DNA of 63,214 nt, the filler included, from Octopus bimaculoides (taxonomy: Eukaryota), in the NCBI RefSeq assembly GCF_001194135.2. It is 5 parts of 4 records of this genome, joined end to end, with 100 filler letters (N's around TTAATTAATTAA, not from the genome) between each part and the next. Parts side by side here need not be neighbours in the genome. Positions count along the whole stretch, not along the records: positions 24,516 to 38,948 come from NC_069007.1; 4 more parts are not named here. One strand, given 5' to 3'. The translations under genes and the position numbers were made by a program. Below, in pieces: positions 24,571 to 37,049 of the stretch (position 1 is the first letter of the stretch; each line of letters starts with the position of its first letter). The notes below the pieces were generated by a model. It ran no database searches. It saw only the letters and a list, made by a program, of their open reading frames with translations, and was not told where the DNA came from.

Positions 24571-26706
24571 TATACACATATACACGCGCGCGCACGCACA
24601 CATAGACACATACACGCACATGTATCTATAATAGAAAAATTGTTAATTAAAGCTAGTGGAGGATTAGAAGTAATGAATTTGAAAGTACATCCATGTAGGT
24701 TGGTAGGTAAGTAGGTAGGTACACACATTTTTATACAGCCTCAAATAGACACCCGCGCACACACACACTCAAGTATATAAATTATGCAGGTACACATTGC
24801 CTTATATTAACACGCGCGCGCTCTCGTACGTGCTCACAGATACACACGCACATATTAATTTCATTCACATACGCGCGCATGTTCAGATGTACGCTCGCCT
24901 GCGCCCCTACTCACACATACGCACACCAATATTAGTTTAATACACACACATGCCAGGTGACTATCGCCCCCCCCCCCGTGCCACCCATACCTCAAGTCAA
25001 CTTCTCTTCAGCTCATTTCACCATGTCTTGACTATTTACTCCATGCACATTATTTTTATCTCTATATTTTCCCTCCCCTCATCTATCGTGCCTATGAAAG
25101 AGCATGGGTTTGAAACGATAAAGACTTCTTTCATTTTTCCTGAGCGTCAAATTAAAACATCCTGTTTCTTGATTTCACACCCGTTTTGGTGTTTTCTTTA
25201 CTTTNNNNNNNNNNNNNNNNNNNNNNNNNNNNNNNNNNNNNNNNNNNNNNNNNNNNNNNNNNNNNNNNNNNNNNNNNNNNNNNNNNNNNNNNNNNNNNNN
25301 NNNNNNNNNNNNNNNNNNNNNNNNNNNNNNNNNNNNNNNNNNNNNNNNNNNNNNNNNNNNNNNNNNNNNNNNNNNNNNNNNNNNNNNNNNNNNNNNNNNN
25401 NNNNNNNNNNNNNNNNNNNNNNNNNNNNNNNNNNNNNNNNNNNNNNNNNNNNNNNNNNNNNNNNNNNNNNNNNNNNNNNNNNNNNNNNNNNNNNNNNNNN
25501 NNNNNNNNNNNNNNNNNNNNNNNNNNNNNNNNNNNNNNNNNNNNNNNNNNNNNNNNNNNNNNNNNNNNNNNNNNNNNNNNNNNNNNNNNNNNNNNNNNNN
25601 NNNNNNNNNNNNNNNNNNNNNNNNNNNNNNNNNNNNNNNNNNNNNNNNNNNNNNNNNNNNNNNNNNNNNNNNNNNNNNNNNNNNNNNNNNNNNNNNNNNN
25701 NNNNNNNNNNNNNNNNNNNNNNNNNNNNNNNNNNNNNNNNNNNNNNNNNNNNNNNNNNNNNNNNNNNNNNNNNNNNNNNNNNNNNNNNNNNNNNNNNNNN
25801 NNNNNNNNNNNNNNNNNNNNNNNNNNNNNNNNNNNNNNNNNNNNNNNNNNNNNNNNNNNNNNNNNNNNNNNNNNNNNNNNNNNNNNNNNNNNNNNNNNNN
25901 NNNNNNNNNNNNNNNNNNNNNNNNNNNNNNNNNNNNNNNNNNNNNNNNNNNNNNNNNNNNNNNNNNNNNNNNNNNNNNNNNNNNNNNNNNNNNNNNNNNN
26001 NNNNNNNNNNNNNNNNNNNNNNNNNNNNNNNNNNNNNNNTATATATACATGTCTATGAGTGTGTGCATGTGTGTACGTGAGAAATAATGTATATATATAT
26101 GTGTGTGTGTGTGTGTTTGCAGTTCTGTATGTATGTATGTATGTACACTTACTCAGTTATTGTAACTGAGATTTTGTGTTTATTCAAATTGAAATTATCT
26201 GTAATTCTATGCTTTGTGTGGAATGGTTTCTCTTATCTCTACACGTTTACAATAAATACAGACATGGCGGCATAGGTGAGAGGTTCATGTCACAAACACG
26301 TTTCAGGTTCAAGCCCACTGCGGAGAACTTTGGCAAGTGTTTTTCAAATATACATTGAACTTTCCGATGGCTGTAGAGTGGAATTGGAAGGCCGACATTC
26401 TGTGGAATCTTGTCATGTACATATTTTAATATATAAAATACCCTGTCTCTATGTGTGTTCTCAATGCACGCTCAAACCTCTGGATCAATCTGTACCATAC
26501 TTGGGGTACATGAATAATTTAACGTGGGAGAGAATAATACGGTCTTGATTTTTTTCTTTTTTGGTAAAAATATATAATATTGCTTTATACATAAAGATTC
26601 ACTTCTTCAAATCGTTTTCTGAACTTCCTGTCTTTAACGTCCTGACGTAGTAACTAAGTTTGAATTTCCTGTATTTGGCGTCCTAACCAGCTATTTGTAC
26701 ACATAT

Positions 26707-27039
26707 GTTGTTGTTGGCACTCCGTCGCTTACGATGTCGAGGGTTTCAGTTGGTCCGATCAACGTAACAGCCTGCTCGTGAAATTAACGTGCAAGTGGCT
26801 GAGCATTCCACAGACACGTGTACCCTTAACGTAGTTCTCGGGGATATTCAGCGTGACACAGCGTGACATGGCTGACCCTTTGATTTACAGGCACAACAGA
26901 AACAGGAAGTAAGATTGAGAGAAAGTTGTGGTGAAAGAGTACAGCAGGGTTCGCCACCATCTCCTGCCGGAGCCTCGTGGAGCTTTAGGTGTTTTCGCTC
27001 AATAAACACTCACAACGCCCGGTCTGGGAATCGAATCCG
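26707..27039 (-). mobile_element. SINE family B
   Basis: Reverse complement of the 1481-1834 family with the (AAC)n tail; truncated by a gap. Confidence 0.9.
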
Positions 27040-27949
27040 NNNNNNNNNNNNNNNNNNNNNNNNNNNNNNNNNNNNNNNNNNNNNNNNNNNNNNNNNNNNN
27101 NNNNNNNNNNNNNNNNNNNNNNNNNNNNNNNNNNNNNNNNNNNNNNNNNNNNNNNNNNNNNNNNNNNNNNNNNNNNNNNNNNNNNNNNNNNNNNNNNNNN
27201 NNNNNNNNNNNNNNNNNNNNNNNNNNNNNNNNNNNNNNNNNNNNNNNNNNNNNNNNNNNNNNNNNNNNNNNNNNNNNNNNNNNNNNNNNNNNNNNNNNNN
27301 NNNNNNNNNNNNNNNNNNNNNNNNNNNNNNNNNNNNNNNNNNNNNNNNNNNNNNNNNNNNNNNNNNNNNNNNNNNNNNNNNNNNNNNNNNNNNNNNNNNN
27401 NNNNNNNNNNNNNNNNNNNNNNNNNNNNNNNNNNNNNNNNNNNNNNNNNNNNNNNNNNNNNNNNNNNNNNNNNNNNNNNNNNNNNNNNNNNNNNNNNNNN
27501 NNNNNNNNNNNNNNNNNNNNNNNNNNNNNNNNNNNNNNNNNNNNNNNNNNNNNNNNNNNNNNNNNNNNNNNNNNNNNNNNNNNNNNNNNNNNNNNNNNNN
27601 NNNNNNNNNNNNNNNNNNNNNNNNNNNNNNNNNNNNNNNNNNNNNNNNNNNNNNNNNNNNNNNNNNNNNNNNNNNNNNNNNNNNNNNNNNNNNNNNNNNN
27701 NNNNNNNNNNNNNNNNNNNNNNNNNNNNNNNNNNNNNNNNNNNNNNNNNNNNNNNNNNNNNNNNNNNNNNNNNNNNNNNNNNNNNNNNNNNNNNNNNNNN
27801 NNNNNNNNNNNNNNNNNNNNNNNNNNNNNNNNNNNNNNNNNNNNNNNNNNNNNNNNNNNNNNNNNNNNNNNNNNNNNNNNTTGTGCGTTTCTGCATCCGT
27901 AGATTTTTACTGAAGCAACAGGGAATGAAGGCAAATGAAATATGTACGT

Positions 27950-27993
<44 letters not shown>

Positions 27994-27994
<1 letters not shown>

Positions 27995-28229
27995 TGCATG
28001 GCTCAGTGGTTAGAGCGTGGAGCTTACGATCGTGAGGTTGTGAGTTTGATTCCCGGACCGGACTGTGTGTTGTGTTCTTGAACAAGACACTTTATTTCAC
28101 GTTGTTCCAGTTAACTCAGCTGTAGAAATGAGTTGCAACATCACTGGTGCCAATCTGTATCAACCTTTTGCCTTTCCCTTATGTAATATGGGTGACATAG
28201 AGAGGGGAGGCTGGTATGCATGGGCGACT
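27994..28229 (+). mobile_element. tRNA-derived SINE family F
   Basis: GTGCATGGCTCAGTGGTTAGAGCG..GAGTTTGATTCCCGG head followed by TTGTGTTCTTGAACAAGACACTTTATTTCACGTTG; reverse copy at 53733. Confidence 0.85.
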
Positions 28230-28239
28230 NNNNNNNNNN

Positions 28240-28588
28240 GGTCATAGGATCGCAGTTTCGATTTCCAGACCGGGCGTTGTGAGTGTTTATTGAGCGAAAA
28301 CAGCTAAAGCTCCACGAGGCTCCGCCAGGGGATGGTGGCGAACCCTGCTGTACTCTTTCACCACAACTTTCTCTCACTCTTACTTCCTGTTTCTGTTGTT
28401 CCTGTAATTCAAAAGGGTCAGCCTTGTCACACAGTGTCACGCTGAATATCCCCGAGAACTACGTTAAGGGTACACGTGTCTGTGGAGTGCTCAACCACTT
28501 GCATGTTAATTTCACGAGCAGTCTGTTCCGTTGATCGGATCGACTCGAACCCTCGACGTCGTAAGCGACGGAGTGCCGACAGCGACAA
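28240..28588 (+). mobile_element. SINE family B
   Basis: Near-full copy ending CGACGTCGTAAGCGACGGAGTGCC. Confidence 0.9.
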
Positions 28589-28589
28589 C

Positions 28590-28872
28590 TCTGCAGTAAC
28601 ACCAACTGCCGAGCTGGTAGCCAAGATCAAAAGGGGTCCGAAGATCTTTCTAATGACAGTGAGAAATGGGTGCTCCAGCTTCCGCTTCCGTCCTAAGACA
28701 ACGATGGAAGCTGAGGGCGGCTAGGTTGAATAAATTGTTATCTCTCAGGTATCATCTGGCTGGTATCTCTTGATTTCTTTTTTTTTTTTGAAAAAATACT
28801 TCTCTTTCTGGATGGGATATTGTGATTTCTTTTCCTTTTACGCAAGCTGTCTAATTTAGCCTGAACACCCTG
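28590..28872 (+). mobile_element. maT/DD37D-like transposon, 3' end
   Basis: ELVAKIKR...TVRNGCSSFRFRPKTTMEAEGG resembles the C-terminus of the 61.8-62.7 kb element; ends CACCCTG-TA (TIR plus TA). Confidence 0.6.
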
Positions 28873-29209
28873 TACATACATACATACATACATATATACA
28901 TACATACATACATACATACATACATACATACATACATACATACATACACATGCATAAATAGATACTTACATATATACTCAAGCATATAGATAGATAGCTA
29001 CATAAATACACACACATTAGTATATATAAATACATACATAAATATATATGTACACACACACACACGCATATATATATATATATGCTTGAGTATATATGTA
29101 CAGAGACATNNNNNNNNNNNNNNNNNNNNNNNNNNNNNNNNNNNNNNNNNNNNNNNNNNNNNNNNNNNNNNNNNNNNNNNNNNNNNNNNNNNNNNNNNNN
29201 NNNNNNNNN

Positions 29210-29305
29210 CTTAGCGGTTCGGCAAAAGAGACCGATTGAATAAGTACTAGGATTACAAACAATAAGTCCTGGGTCGATTTGCTCGACTAAAGGCGGTGCC
29301 CAGCT
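29210..29305 (+). mobile_element. SINE family A, 3' module
   Basis: CTTAGCGGTTCGGCAAAAGAGACCGATTGAATAAGTACTAGG..GGGTCGATTTGCTCGACTAAAGGCGGTGC. Confidence 0.7.
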
Positions 29306-29371
29306 CAACTTTGCCTTTCATCCTTTCGGAGTCGATAAATTAAGCACCAGTTACTCACTGGGGTCGATGTA
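29306..29371 (+). mobile_element. SINE C central domain fragment
   Basis: CAACTTTGCCTTTCATCCTTTCGGAGTCGATAAATTAAGCACCAGTT..CTGGGGTCGATG. Confidence 0.75.
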
Positions 29372-29664
29372 AAATTAACGTGCAAGTGGCTGAGCACTCC
29401 ACAGACACGTTTACCCTTAACGTAGTTCTTGGGGATATTCAGCGTGACACAGTGTGACAAGGCCGACCCTTTGAATTACAGGCACAACAGAAACAGGAAG
29501 TAAGAGTGAGAGAAAGTTGTGGTGGAAGAGTAGAGCAGGGTTCGCCACCGTCCCCTGCCGGAGCCTCGTGGAGCTTTAGGTGTTTTCGCTCAATAAACAC
29601 TCACAACGCCCGGTCTGGGAATCGAAACCGCGATCCTATGACCGCGAGTTCGCTGCCCTAACCN
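29372..29664 (-). mobile_element. SINE family B (3' end missing)
   Basis: Direct match to the other B copies. Confidence 0.9.
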
Positions 29665-31024
29665 NNNNNNNNNNNNNNNNNNNNNNNNNNNNNNNNNNNN
29701 NNNNNNNNNNNNNNNNNNNNNNNNNNNNNNNNNNNNNNNNNNNNNNNNNNNNNNNNNNNNNNNNNNNNNNNNNNNNNNNNNNNNNNNNNNNNNNNNNNNN
29801 NNNNNNNNNNNNNNNNNNNNNNNNNNNNNNNNNNNNNNNNNNNNNNNNNNNNNNNNNNNNNNNNNNNNNNNNNNNNNNNNNNNNNNNNNNNNNNNNNNNN
29901 NNNNNNNNNNNNNNNNNNNNNNNNNNNNNNNNNNNNNNNNNNNNNNNNNNNNNNNNNNNNNNNNNNNNNNNNNNNNNNNNNNNNNNNNNNNNNNNNNNNN
30001 NNNNNNNNNNNNNNNNNNNNNNNNNNNNNNNNNNNNNNNNNNNNNNNNNNNNNNNNNNNNNNNNNNNNNNNNNNNNNNNNNNNNNNNNNNNNNNNNNNNN
30101 NNNNNNNNNNNNNNNNNNNNNNNNNNNNNNNNNNNNNNNNNNNNNNNNNNNNNNNNNNNNNNNNNNNNNNNNNNNNNNNNNNNNNNNNNNNNNNNNNNNN
30201 NNNNNNNNNNNNNNNNNNNNNNNNNNNNNNNNNNNNNNNNNNNNNNNNNNNNNNNNNNNNNNNNNNNNNNNNNNNNNNNNNNNNNNNNNNNNNNNNNNNN
30301 NNNNNNNNNNNNNNNNNNNNNNNNNNNNNNNNNNNNNNNNNNNNNNNNNNNNNNNNNNNNNNNNNNNNNNNNNNNNNNNNNNNNNNNNNNNNNNNNNNNN
30401 NNNNNNNNNNNNNNNNNNNNNNNNNNNNNNNNNNNNNNNNNNNNNNNNNNNNNNNNNNNNNNNNNNNNNNNNNNNNNNNNNNNNNNNNNNNNNNNNNNNN
30501 NNNNNNNNNNNNNNNNNNNGGTGGTGTTGGCGGTGGTGGTGGTGGTGCTGGTGTTGGTGGTGGTGGAGTTGGTGGTGGTGATGTCGGCAGTGGTAGTGGT
30601 GGTAGTGTTGGCAGTGGTGCTGTTGGTGGTAGTGGTGGCGTTTGTGATGGTGGTAGTGGTGTTGGTGTCGGCGGTGATAGTGGTGTTAGCGATGGTGGTG
30701 GTGGTGGTGTATGCAATGTAATTCCATTAAATTAAATGAACTTGGAATGTGACGTCATCACGACAATCATGGAGATCGTTCTAACGAAAATAACCTAATA
30801 ACCATGGTGATTATGATAACTGTCACAATTTCAATAAGAATAGATCGGAATTGTAATATCCAATTATGAGAGATGTTTTGCTGCGGAGTTAAGTGGAGGT
30901 CTGGAGGTAGTACAGTTTACATATTAAATCGACTTTATTGACAATGACAGATTGATTAATAAGTTGAGAGGTGACATATAGGTAGATGGGCAGGTAGGTA
31001 GATAGCAGGATGGATGTATAAATG

Positions 31025-31064
<40 letters not shown>

Positions 31065-31065
31065 C

Positions 31066-31106
<41 letters not shown>

Positions 31107-31145
31107 CAAACAGATAGAAACAGAATACAGGCAGACAGAGAGACA

Positions 31146-31188
<43 letters not shown>

Positions 31189-31250
31189 AGAGACAGAGAG
31201 ACAGAAACAGACAGACAGACAAACACACAGACAGACAGACAGACATACAC

Positions 31251-31281
<31 letters not shown>

Positions 31282-31329
31282 CACAGACAGATAGATAGAT
31301 AGATAGAGTGATTGTCTGTGAAATTTTGA

Positions 31330-31709
31330 CAAACAAGTTTATGGACGCCACGCAGATTTCGAAAAATCCTCAAAAGTACCAAGTTGAGGATAAATGTTAT
31401 AGAAAAACCAGGGAGATCAATTAGATCAATAATATGTTAAACATATCCCTTCAGAAGAACAAGGTGTGTTGAGGAGAGTTGCATTGTGTGCAAAAATAGT
31501 CCTGGTGCCAACTGCAAAGCCAGAAATGTAGTCTACAAAATAAGCTGTATGAATGGTGAGTGTAAAAACAGAAACACCACATACATAGGTGAGACGGCAA
31601 GAAGTTTGGCTGAGCGTGTAAACGAACATTGGAGGGACTATAATAATCAAAAACAAACCTCGGCGCTCTACCAGCATGCCAAAGAACAACATGGTGGTGT
31701 ACTGAACAG
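31330..31709 (+). pseudogene. Penelope-like element linker and GIY-YIG endonuclease fragment
   Basis: RRFRKILKSTKLRINVIEKPGRSIRSIIC*TYPFRRTRCVEESCIVCKNSPGANCKARNVVYKISCMNGECKNRNTTYIGETARSLAERVNEH...SALYQHAKEQH shows the Cys-rich linker, VVY and YIGET..R..EH motifs. One in-frame stop at 31438; runs into a gap. Confidence 0.9.
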
Positions 31710-32130
31710 NNNNNNNNNNNNNNNNNNNNNNNNNNNNNNNNNNNNNNNNNNNNNNNNNNNNNNNNNNNNNNNNNNNNNNNNNNNNNNNNNNNNNNNNNNN
31801 NNNNNNNNNNNNNNNNNNNNNNNNNNNNNNNNNNNNNNNNNNNNNNNNNNNNNNNNNNNNNNNNNNNNNNNNNNNNNNNNNNNNNNNNNNNNNNNNNNNN
31901 NNNNNNNNNNNNNNNNNNNNNNNNNNNNNNNNNNNNNNNNNNNNNNNNTACAAACACACATATAGACGCACATACTTACATATAAGCACGAACACATAAG
32001 TGCGTGCACACATATGAGCGTGCACACATACGAGCTTGCACACACTCACATGCTCATACCAAACAGTTTCGAAACAACGCCAAAACAACGCCAGATCATA
32101 TATTCAAAATAAATGGAAGTGGAGAGACAA

Positions 32131-32171
32131 GTTACTGAAGAGATTGCAAGAGTGCAATGAAATAATTTAAC
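32131..32171 (+). ncRNA. Minimal type I hammerhead ribozyme motif (probably degenerate), Penelope-associated
   Basis: GTTA | CTGAAGA | G-ATTGCA-AGAG-TGCAAT | GAAA | TAAT-T | TAAC: stem I 4 bp, stem II 6 bp, core boxes intact. C11.1 is missing and stem III is minimal. Confidence 0.5.
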
Positions 32172-32437
32172 AAAAAACTATATAAATTAATAAAGGACTG
32201 AACCAGTGCGTGTGTTTATTACCGGCATAATGCCTCTCCCAAGGTTTAATTGTATTTCTTTCAACACACGTATCCACATCAAGAATCTTGCACACGAAAT
32301 ACACATACGAAATATTTATATAATTTATTCTCTCCGTTCGTTTCACCATTGTTCTTCGCAAACACTGCACCAGATATTCCAAGTGCAGTTGGACGCTGAA
32401 CCAGAACAGATAATCAGGGCAATACGTTATTGTATTA

Positions 32438-32655
32438 TGAAGGGCTGCTGAAAAGTTCCTAGCTTTAAGGGTATCGTGAAAGGTCTGGTTGTAGGCCGCA
32501 CCTTCCAAGTTCTTTTACAAGGCTTAGAAAAACTGAAGGACAGCTGCAGTGTTTGTGCGAATCTGAGAAGGGAATATGTTGAATAAAATCATAATTAACC
32601 GATCCTCCTGCATTTTCTTTAACCCAGGGCCAGGAACTTTTCTGGCACACGTTTC
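32438..32655 (+). mobile_element. Mariner-derived non-autonomous element
   Basis: TIR-like GAAGGGCTGCTGAAAAGTTCCTAGCTTT and GGCCAGGAACTTTTCTGGCAC; internal GLEKLKDSC..CANLRREYVE* is a mariner C-terminus. Confidence 0.7.
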
Positions 32656-32724
32656 TATGGTTCACAGATCAAATTACGGCAGTGACAGTTATACATCTAA
32701 CTATAGGTACGAAATTTATATATA

Positions 32725-32892
32725 TAGGCGCAGGAGTGGCTGTGTGGTAAGTAGCTTGCTTACCAACTACGTGGTTTTGGGTTCATTCCCACTGCGTGGC
32801 ACCTTGGGCAAGTGTCTTCTACTATAGCCTCGGGACGACCATAGCCTTGTGAGTGGATTTGGTAGATGGAAACTGAAAGAAGCCCGTCGTAT
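32725..32892 (+). mobile_element. SINE family A, 5' module
   Basis: AGGCGCAGGAGTGGCTGTGTGGTAAGTAGCTTGC...GAAAGAAGCCCGTCGTATAT followed by a (TG)n tract. Confidence 0.9.
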
Positions 32893-32901
32893 ATATGTAT
32901 G

Positions 32902-32946
<45 letters not shown>

Positions 32947-33901
32947 GTGTGTATATANNNNNNNNNNNNNNNNNNNNNNNNNNNNNNNNNNNNNNNNNNN
33001 NNNNNNNNNNNNNNNNNNNNNNNNNNNNNNNNNNNNNNNNNNNNNNNNNNNNNNNNNNNNNNNNNNNNNNNNNNNNNNNNNNNNNNNNNNNNNNNNNNNN
33101 NNNNNNNNNNNNNNNNNNNNNNNNNNNNNNNNNNNNNNNNNNNNNNNNNNNNNNNNNNNNNNNNNNNNNNNNNNNNNNNNNNNNNNNNNNNNNNNNNNNN
33201 NNNNNNNNNNNNNNNNNNNNNNNNNNNNNNNNNNNNNNNNNNNNNNNNNNNNNNNNNNNNNNNNNNNNNNNNNNNNNNNNNNNNNNNNNNNNNNNNNNNN
33301 NNNNNNNNNNNNNNNNNNNNNNNNNNNNNNNNNNNNNNNNNNNNNNNNNNNNNNNNNNNNNNNNNNNNNNNNNNNNNNNNNNNNNNNNNNNNNNNNNNNN
33401 NNNNNNNNNNNNNNNNNNNNNNNNNNNNNNNNNNNNNNNNNNNNNNNNNNNNNNNNNNNNNNNNNNNNNNNNNNNNNNNNNNNNNNNNNNNNNNNNNNNN
33501 NNNNNNNNNNNNNNNNNNNNNNNNNNNNNNNNNNNNNNNNNNNNNNNNNNNNNNNNNNNNNNNNNNNNNNNNNNNNNNNNNNNNNNNNNNNNNNNNNNNN
33601 NNNNNNNNNNNNNNNNNNNNNNNNNNNNNNNNNNNNNNNNNNNNNNNNNNNNNNNNNNNNNNNNNNNNNNNNNNNNNNNNNNNNNNNNNNNNNNNNNNNN
33701 NNNNNNNNNNNNNNNNNNNNNNNNNNNNNNNNNNNNNNNNNNNNNNNNNNNNNNNNNNNNNNNNNNNNNNNNNNNNNNNNNNNNNNNNNNNNNNNNNNNN
33801 NNNNNNNNNNNNNNNNNNNNNNNNNNNNNNNNNNNNNNNNNNNNNNNNNNNNNNNNNNNNNNNNNNNNNNNNNNNNNNNNNNNNNNNNNNNNNNNNNNNN
33901 N

Positions 33902-34257
33902 AGGGTTCCAGTTGATCCGATCAACGGAACAGCCCGCTCGTGAAATTAACGTGCAAGTGGCTGAGCACTCCACAGACACGTGTACCCTTAACGTAGTTCT
34001 CGGGGATATTCAGCGTGACACAGAGTGTGACAAGGCTGACCCTTTGAATTACAGGCACAACAGAAACAGGAAGTAAGAGTGAGAGAAAGTTGTGGTGGAA
34101 GAGTACAGCAGGGTTCGCCACCATCCACTGCCGGAGCCTCGTGGAGCTTTAGGTGTTTTCGCTCAATAAACACTCACAACGCCCGGTCTGGGAATCGAAA
34201 CCGCGATCCTATGACCGCGAGTCCGCTGCCCTAACCACTGGGCCATTGCGCCTCCAC
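33902..34257 (-). mobile_element. SINE family B, young copy
   Basis: Full head, essentially all CpGs retained. Confidence 0.92.
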
Positions 34258-35477
34258 TTTTCTAGGGGTAAGCAAATAGGAAATAAGAGTTGCTACCCAA
34301 GGGCAAAAATCGTTTTGCACTGTGTTATGAAAAGAGTGTCAGTGCGAGCAGACGGTGTTTAGTTTGAATATTTTCAGCAAAAGAAGCAGGTGGGGTGTTA
34401 GGGTTTTCAATGACAGGGTGGGGGTGCAGGTCAGTGTTGATGGGGAACTAAGAACTTTACTTTGCAAACCACGAGCATTCAGGTTCGAATCACAACATAG
34501 CTCAATTAGCAAGTGTTTTTCGTACCTTAGTCACGTGTCTTGTATACACGCACGCATACATACATACATACATACATACATACATACATACCTGCATATA
34601 TGTATATACATACATACACGCTATATATATANNNNNNNNNNNNNNNNNNNNNNNNNNNNNNNNNNNNNNNNNNNNNNNNNNNNNNNNNNNNNNNNNNNNN
34701 NNNNNNNNNNNNNNNNNNNNNNNNNNNNNNNNNNNNNNNNNNNNNNNNNNNNNNNNNNNNNNNNNNNNNNNNNNNNNNNNNNNNNNNNNNNNNNNNNNNN
34801 NNNNNNNNNNNNNNNNNNNNNNNNNNNNNNNNNNNNNNNNNNNNNNNNNNNNNNNNNNNNNNNNNNNNNNNNNNNNNNNNNNNNNNNNNNNNNNNNNNNN
34901 NNNNNNNNNNNNNNATATATATATATATAATACAAAAAATATATATGCATGTATACACACATATGTATATACTTTCATCTACATGTGTATATAGATGCAT
35001 ATCAGGGTACAGGACGTTAGAACAATGAACTACAGACAACGGAACGAACACATAGGAAAACAGAAAGCCACTTGGAATTATTCATCAGCTGCCTCTATTC
35101 TAACTCTACGTTTCGAAGATATATATATGAGTTCAGCAGAAATTTAGATTCAGGTTATTATAGTACTTACGTTTAGGCTCCAGAATTTAGTATGGTATTA
35201 TCCATACAATTTCAAAGTAAGGTGATTAAAATCAAAATAAGTACGAGGACCACTGATGCCTCTCCACCTGGCAAGCTGCTCCACACCTTTATACAGAGCC
35301 CTCTACACCACTTATATGACCTAGGACTCCAAAAAGAGTCCTAAAGCTTTACCCTACCCTTCAAAATTATGCTCGTGTTTCTTAATTAGAAACATTTATA
35401 TCTCAGCCGGCTCTTGGTCCGCATGGTTTTGGTTTAATCGGTTTTTCCTTTTTATTGTCATTATGTATTTTTATATT

Positions 35478-35690
35478 CAAGGCGAGGGGCTGGCCGAATC
35501 GTTACTGCACCTGAGAAAATGCTGAGCGGCACTTCGTCCATCTTTGTATTCTGAGTTCAAATTCCACCAGGGACAACTTTGTATTTCATCTTTTCAGAGT
35601 GGATAAAATAAATTGAATAGTGGGGTCAATTTTATTGGCTTATCCGCTCCCCCGAAATTGTTGGCCTTCTGTCAAAATTTTAAATAATTA
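35478..35690 (+). mobile_element. SINE family C, diverged, plus orientation
   Basis: AGGCGAGGGGCTGGCCGAATCGTT..CTGAGTTCAAATTCC..TTTGTATTTCATC..; a second head fragment near 35706. Confidence 0.7.
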
Positions 35691-35828
35691 TTTTCATTAT
35701 TATTAGAGATGGCGAGCTGGTAGAATCCTTATCATGGTGGGAAAAATGCTTATTTCAAGCACTTTGGAGAGTTCTGCAAAAGCTAAAAGACTTGGTGTAC
35801 CTGACAAGATGTTGAATGTTATATATAT

Positions 35829-35950
35829 GTATATGTATATATAAAGGAGACTACTAGGTGGACTGTTAATGTGCTAGAAGAAGATCACATGTGATCTTCT
35901 TCTAGCACATTAACAGTCCACCTAGTTGTCTCCTTTATATATACATATAC
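35829..35950. repeat. 122-bp loopless palindrome
   Basis: Two 61-bp arms centred on GATCAC-AT-GTGATC (axis between 35889 and 35890), with one mismatch. Confidence 0.9.
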
Positions 35951-36664
35951 AATAATCCTTTGAGATGTCAGATAATTTTTCTGAATCTCCTTGATTCTTT
36001 TAATGTCCTTGTTCTCTGGTATTAAATTAATATTAATTAATACCCAATTTTTTACCCTACTGTTTTAATTTATATATATATATACATACATATATATATA
36101 TATATANNNNNNNNNNNNNNNNNNNNNNNNNNNNNNNNNNNNNNNNNNNNNNNNNNNNNNNNNNNNNNNNNNNNNNNNNNNNNNNNNNNNNNNNNNNNNN
36201 NNNNNNNNNNNNNNNNNNNNNNNNNNNNNNNNNNNNNNNNNNNNNNNNNNNNNNNNNNNNNNNNNNNNNNNNNNNNNNNNNNNNNNNNNNNNNNNNNNNN
36301 NNNNNNNNNNNNNNNNNNNNNNNNNNNNNNNNNNNNNNNNNNNNNNNNNNNNNNNNNNNNNNNNNNNNNNNNNNNNNNNNNNNNNNNNNNNNNNNNNNNN
36401 NNNNNNNNNNNNNNNNNNNNNNNNNNNNNNNNNNNNNNNNNNNNNNNNNNNNNNNNNNNNNNNNNNNNNNNNNNNNNNNNNNNNNNNNNNNNNNNNNNNN
36501 NNNNNNNNNNNNNNNNNNNNNNNNNNNNNNNNNNNNNNNNNNNNNNNNNNNNNNNNNNNNNNNNNNNNNNNNNNNNNNNNNNNNNNNNNNNNNNNNNNNN
36601 NNNNNNNNNNNNNNNNNNNNNNNNNNNNNNNNNNNNNNNNNNNNNNNNNNNNNNNNNNNNNNNN

Positions 36665-36701
<37 letters not shown>

Positions 36702-37049
36702 ACATAGACAGAGTGGAAGAGAGAACAAAATGCAAATTATAAACATATAGAGACATATCTAACCGTACATGTGTGCGTGTGTGTGTTCGTATGTATTTAC
36801 ATGTATACACAACACACCAACATGATATACACACCACACAGACAGACACACAGAGATACTACTCAGACACATAAAGTCTGTTCTGTTTTTGGCAAGCATC
36901 TCCGACAGATACCGTAAACCTTTAATGTAATGTCCACACCTAATATTTACGTTCACGCTGTTTGTTTGTACATCCATTTTGTTTATAGGACTTCTCTGTA
37001 AACGCATCGCTGTATTTAACACATCCACCAAAACACCACAACAGCCGAC

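Noticed and set aside
26260-26285. ATGGCGGC YY1 motif plus AG|GTGAGA donor as a first exon
   Set aside because: It aligns with the degenerate head of SINE family A (continues ..CAGGTTCAAGCCCACTGCG..GGCAAGTGT).
30750-30757. CRE site TGACGTCA
   Set aside because: A single 8-mer is expected by chance at this scale, with no supporting promoter evidence.
35105-35140. Minus-strand CTGAACT..CGAAACGTA hammerhead remnant
   Set aside because: The first core box is broken and there is no stem I or II pairing. At most a dead Penelope-type remnant.
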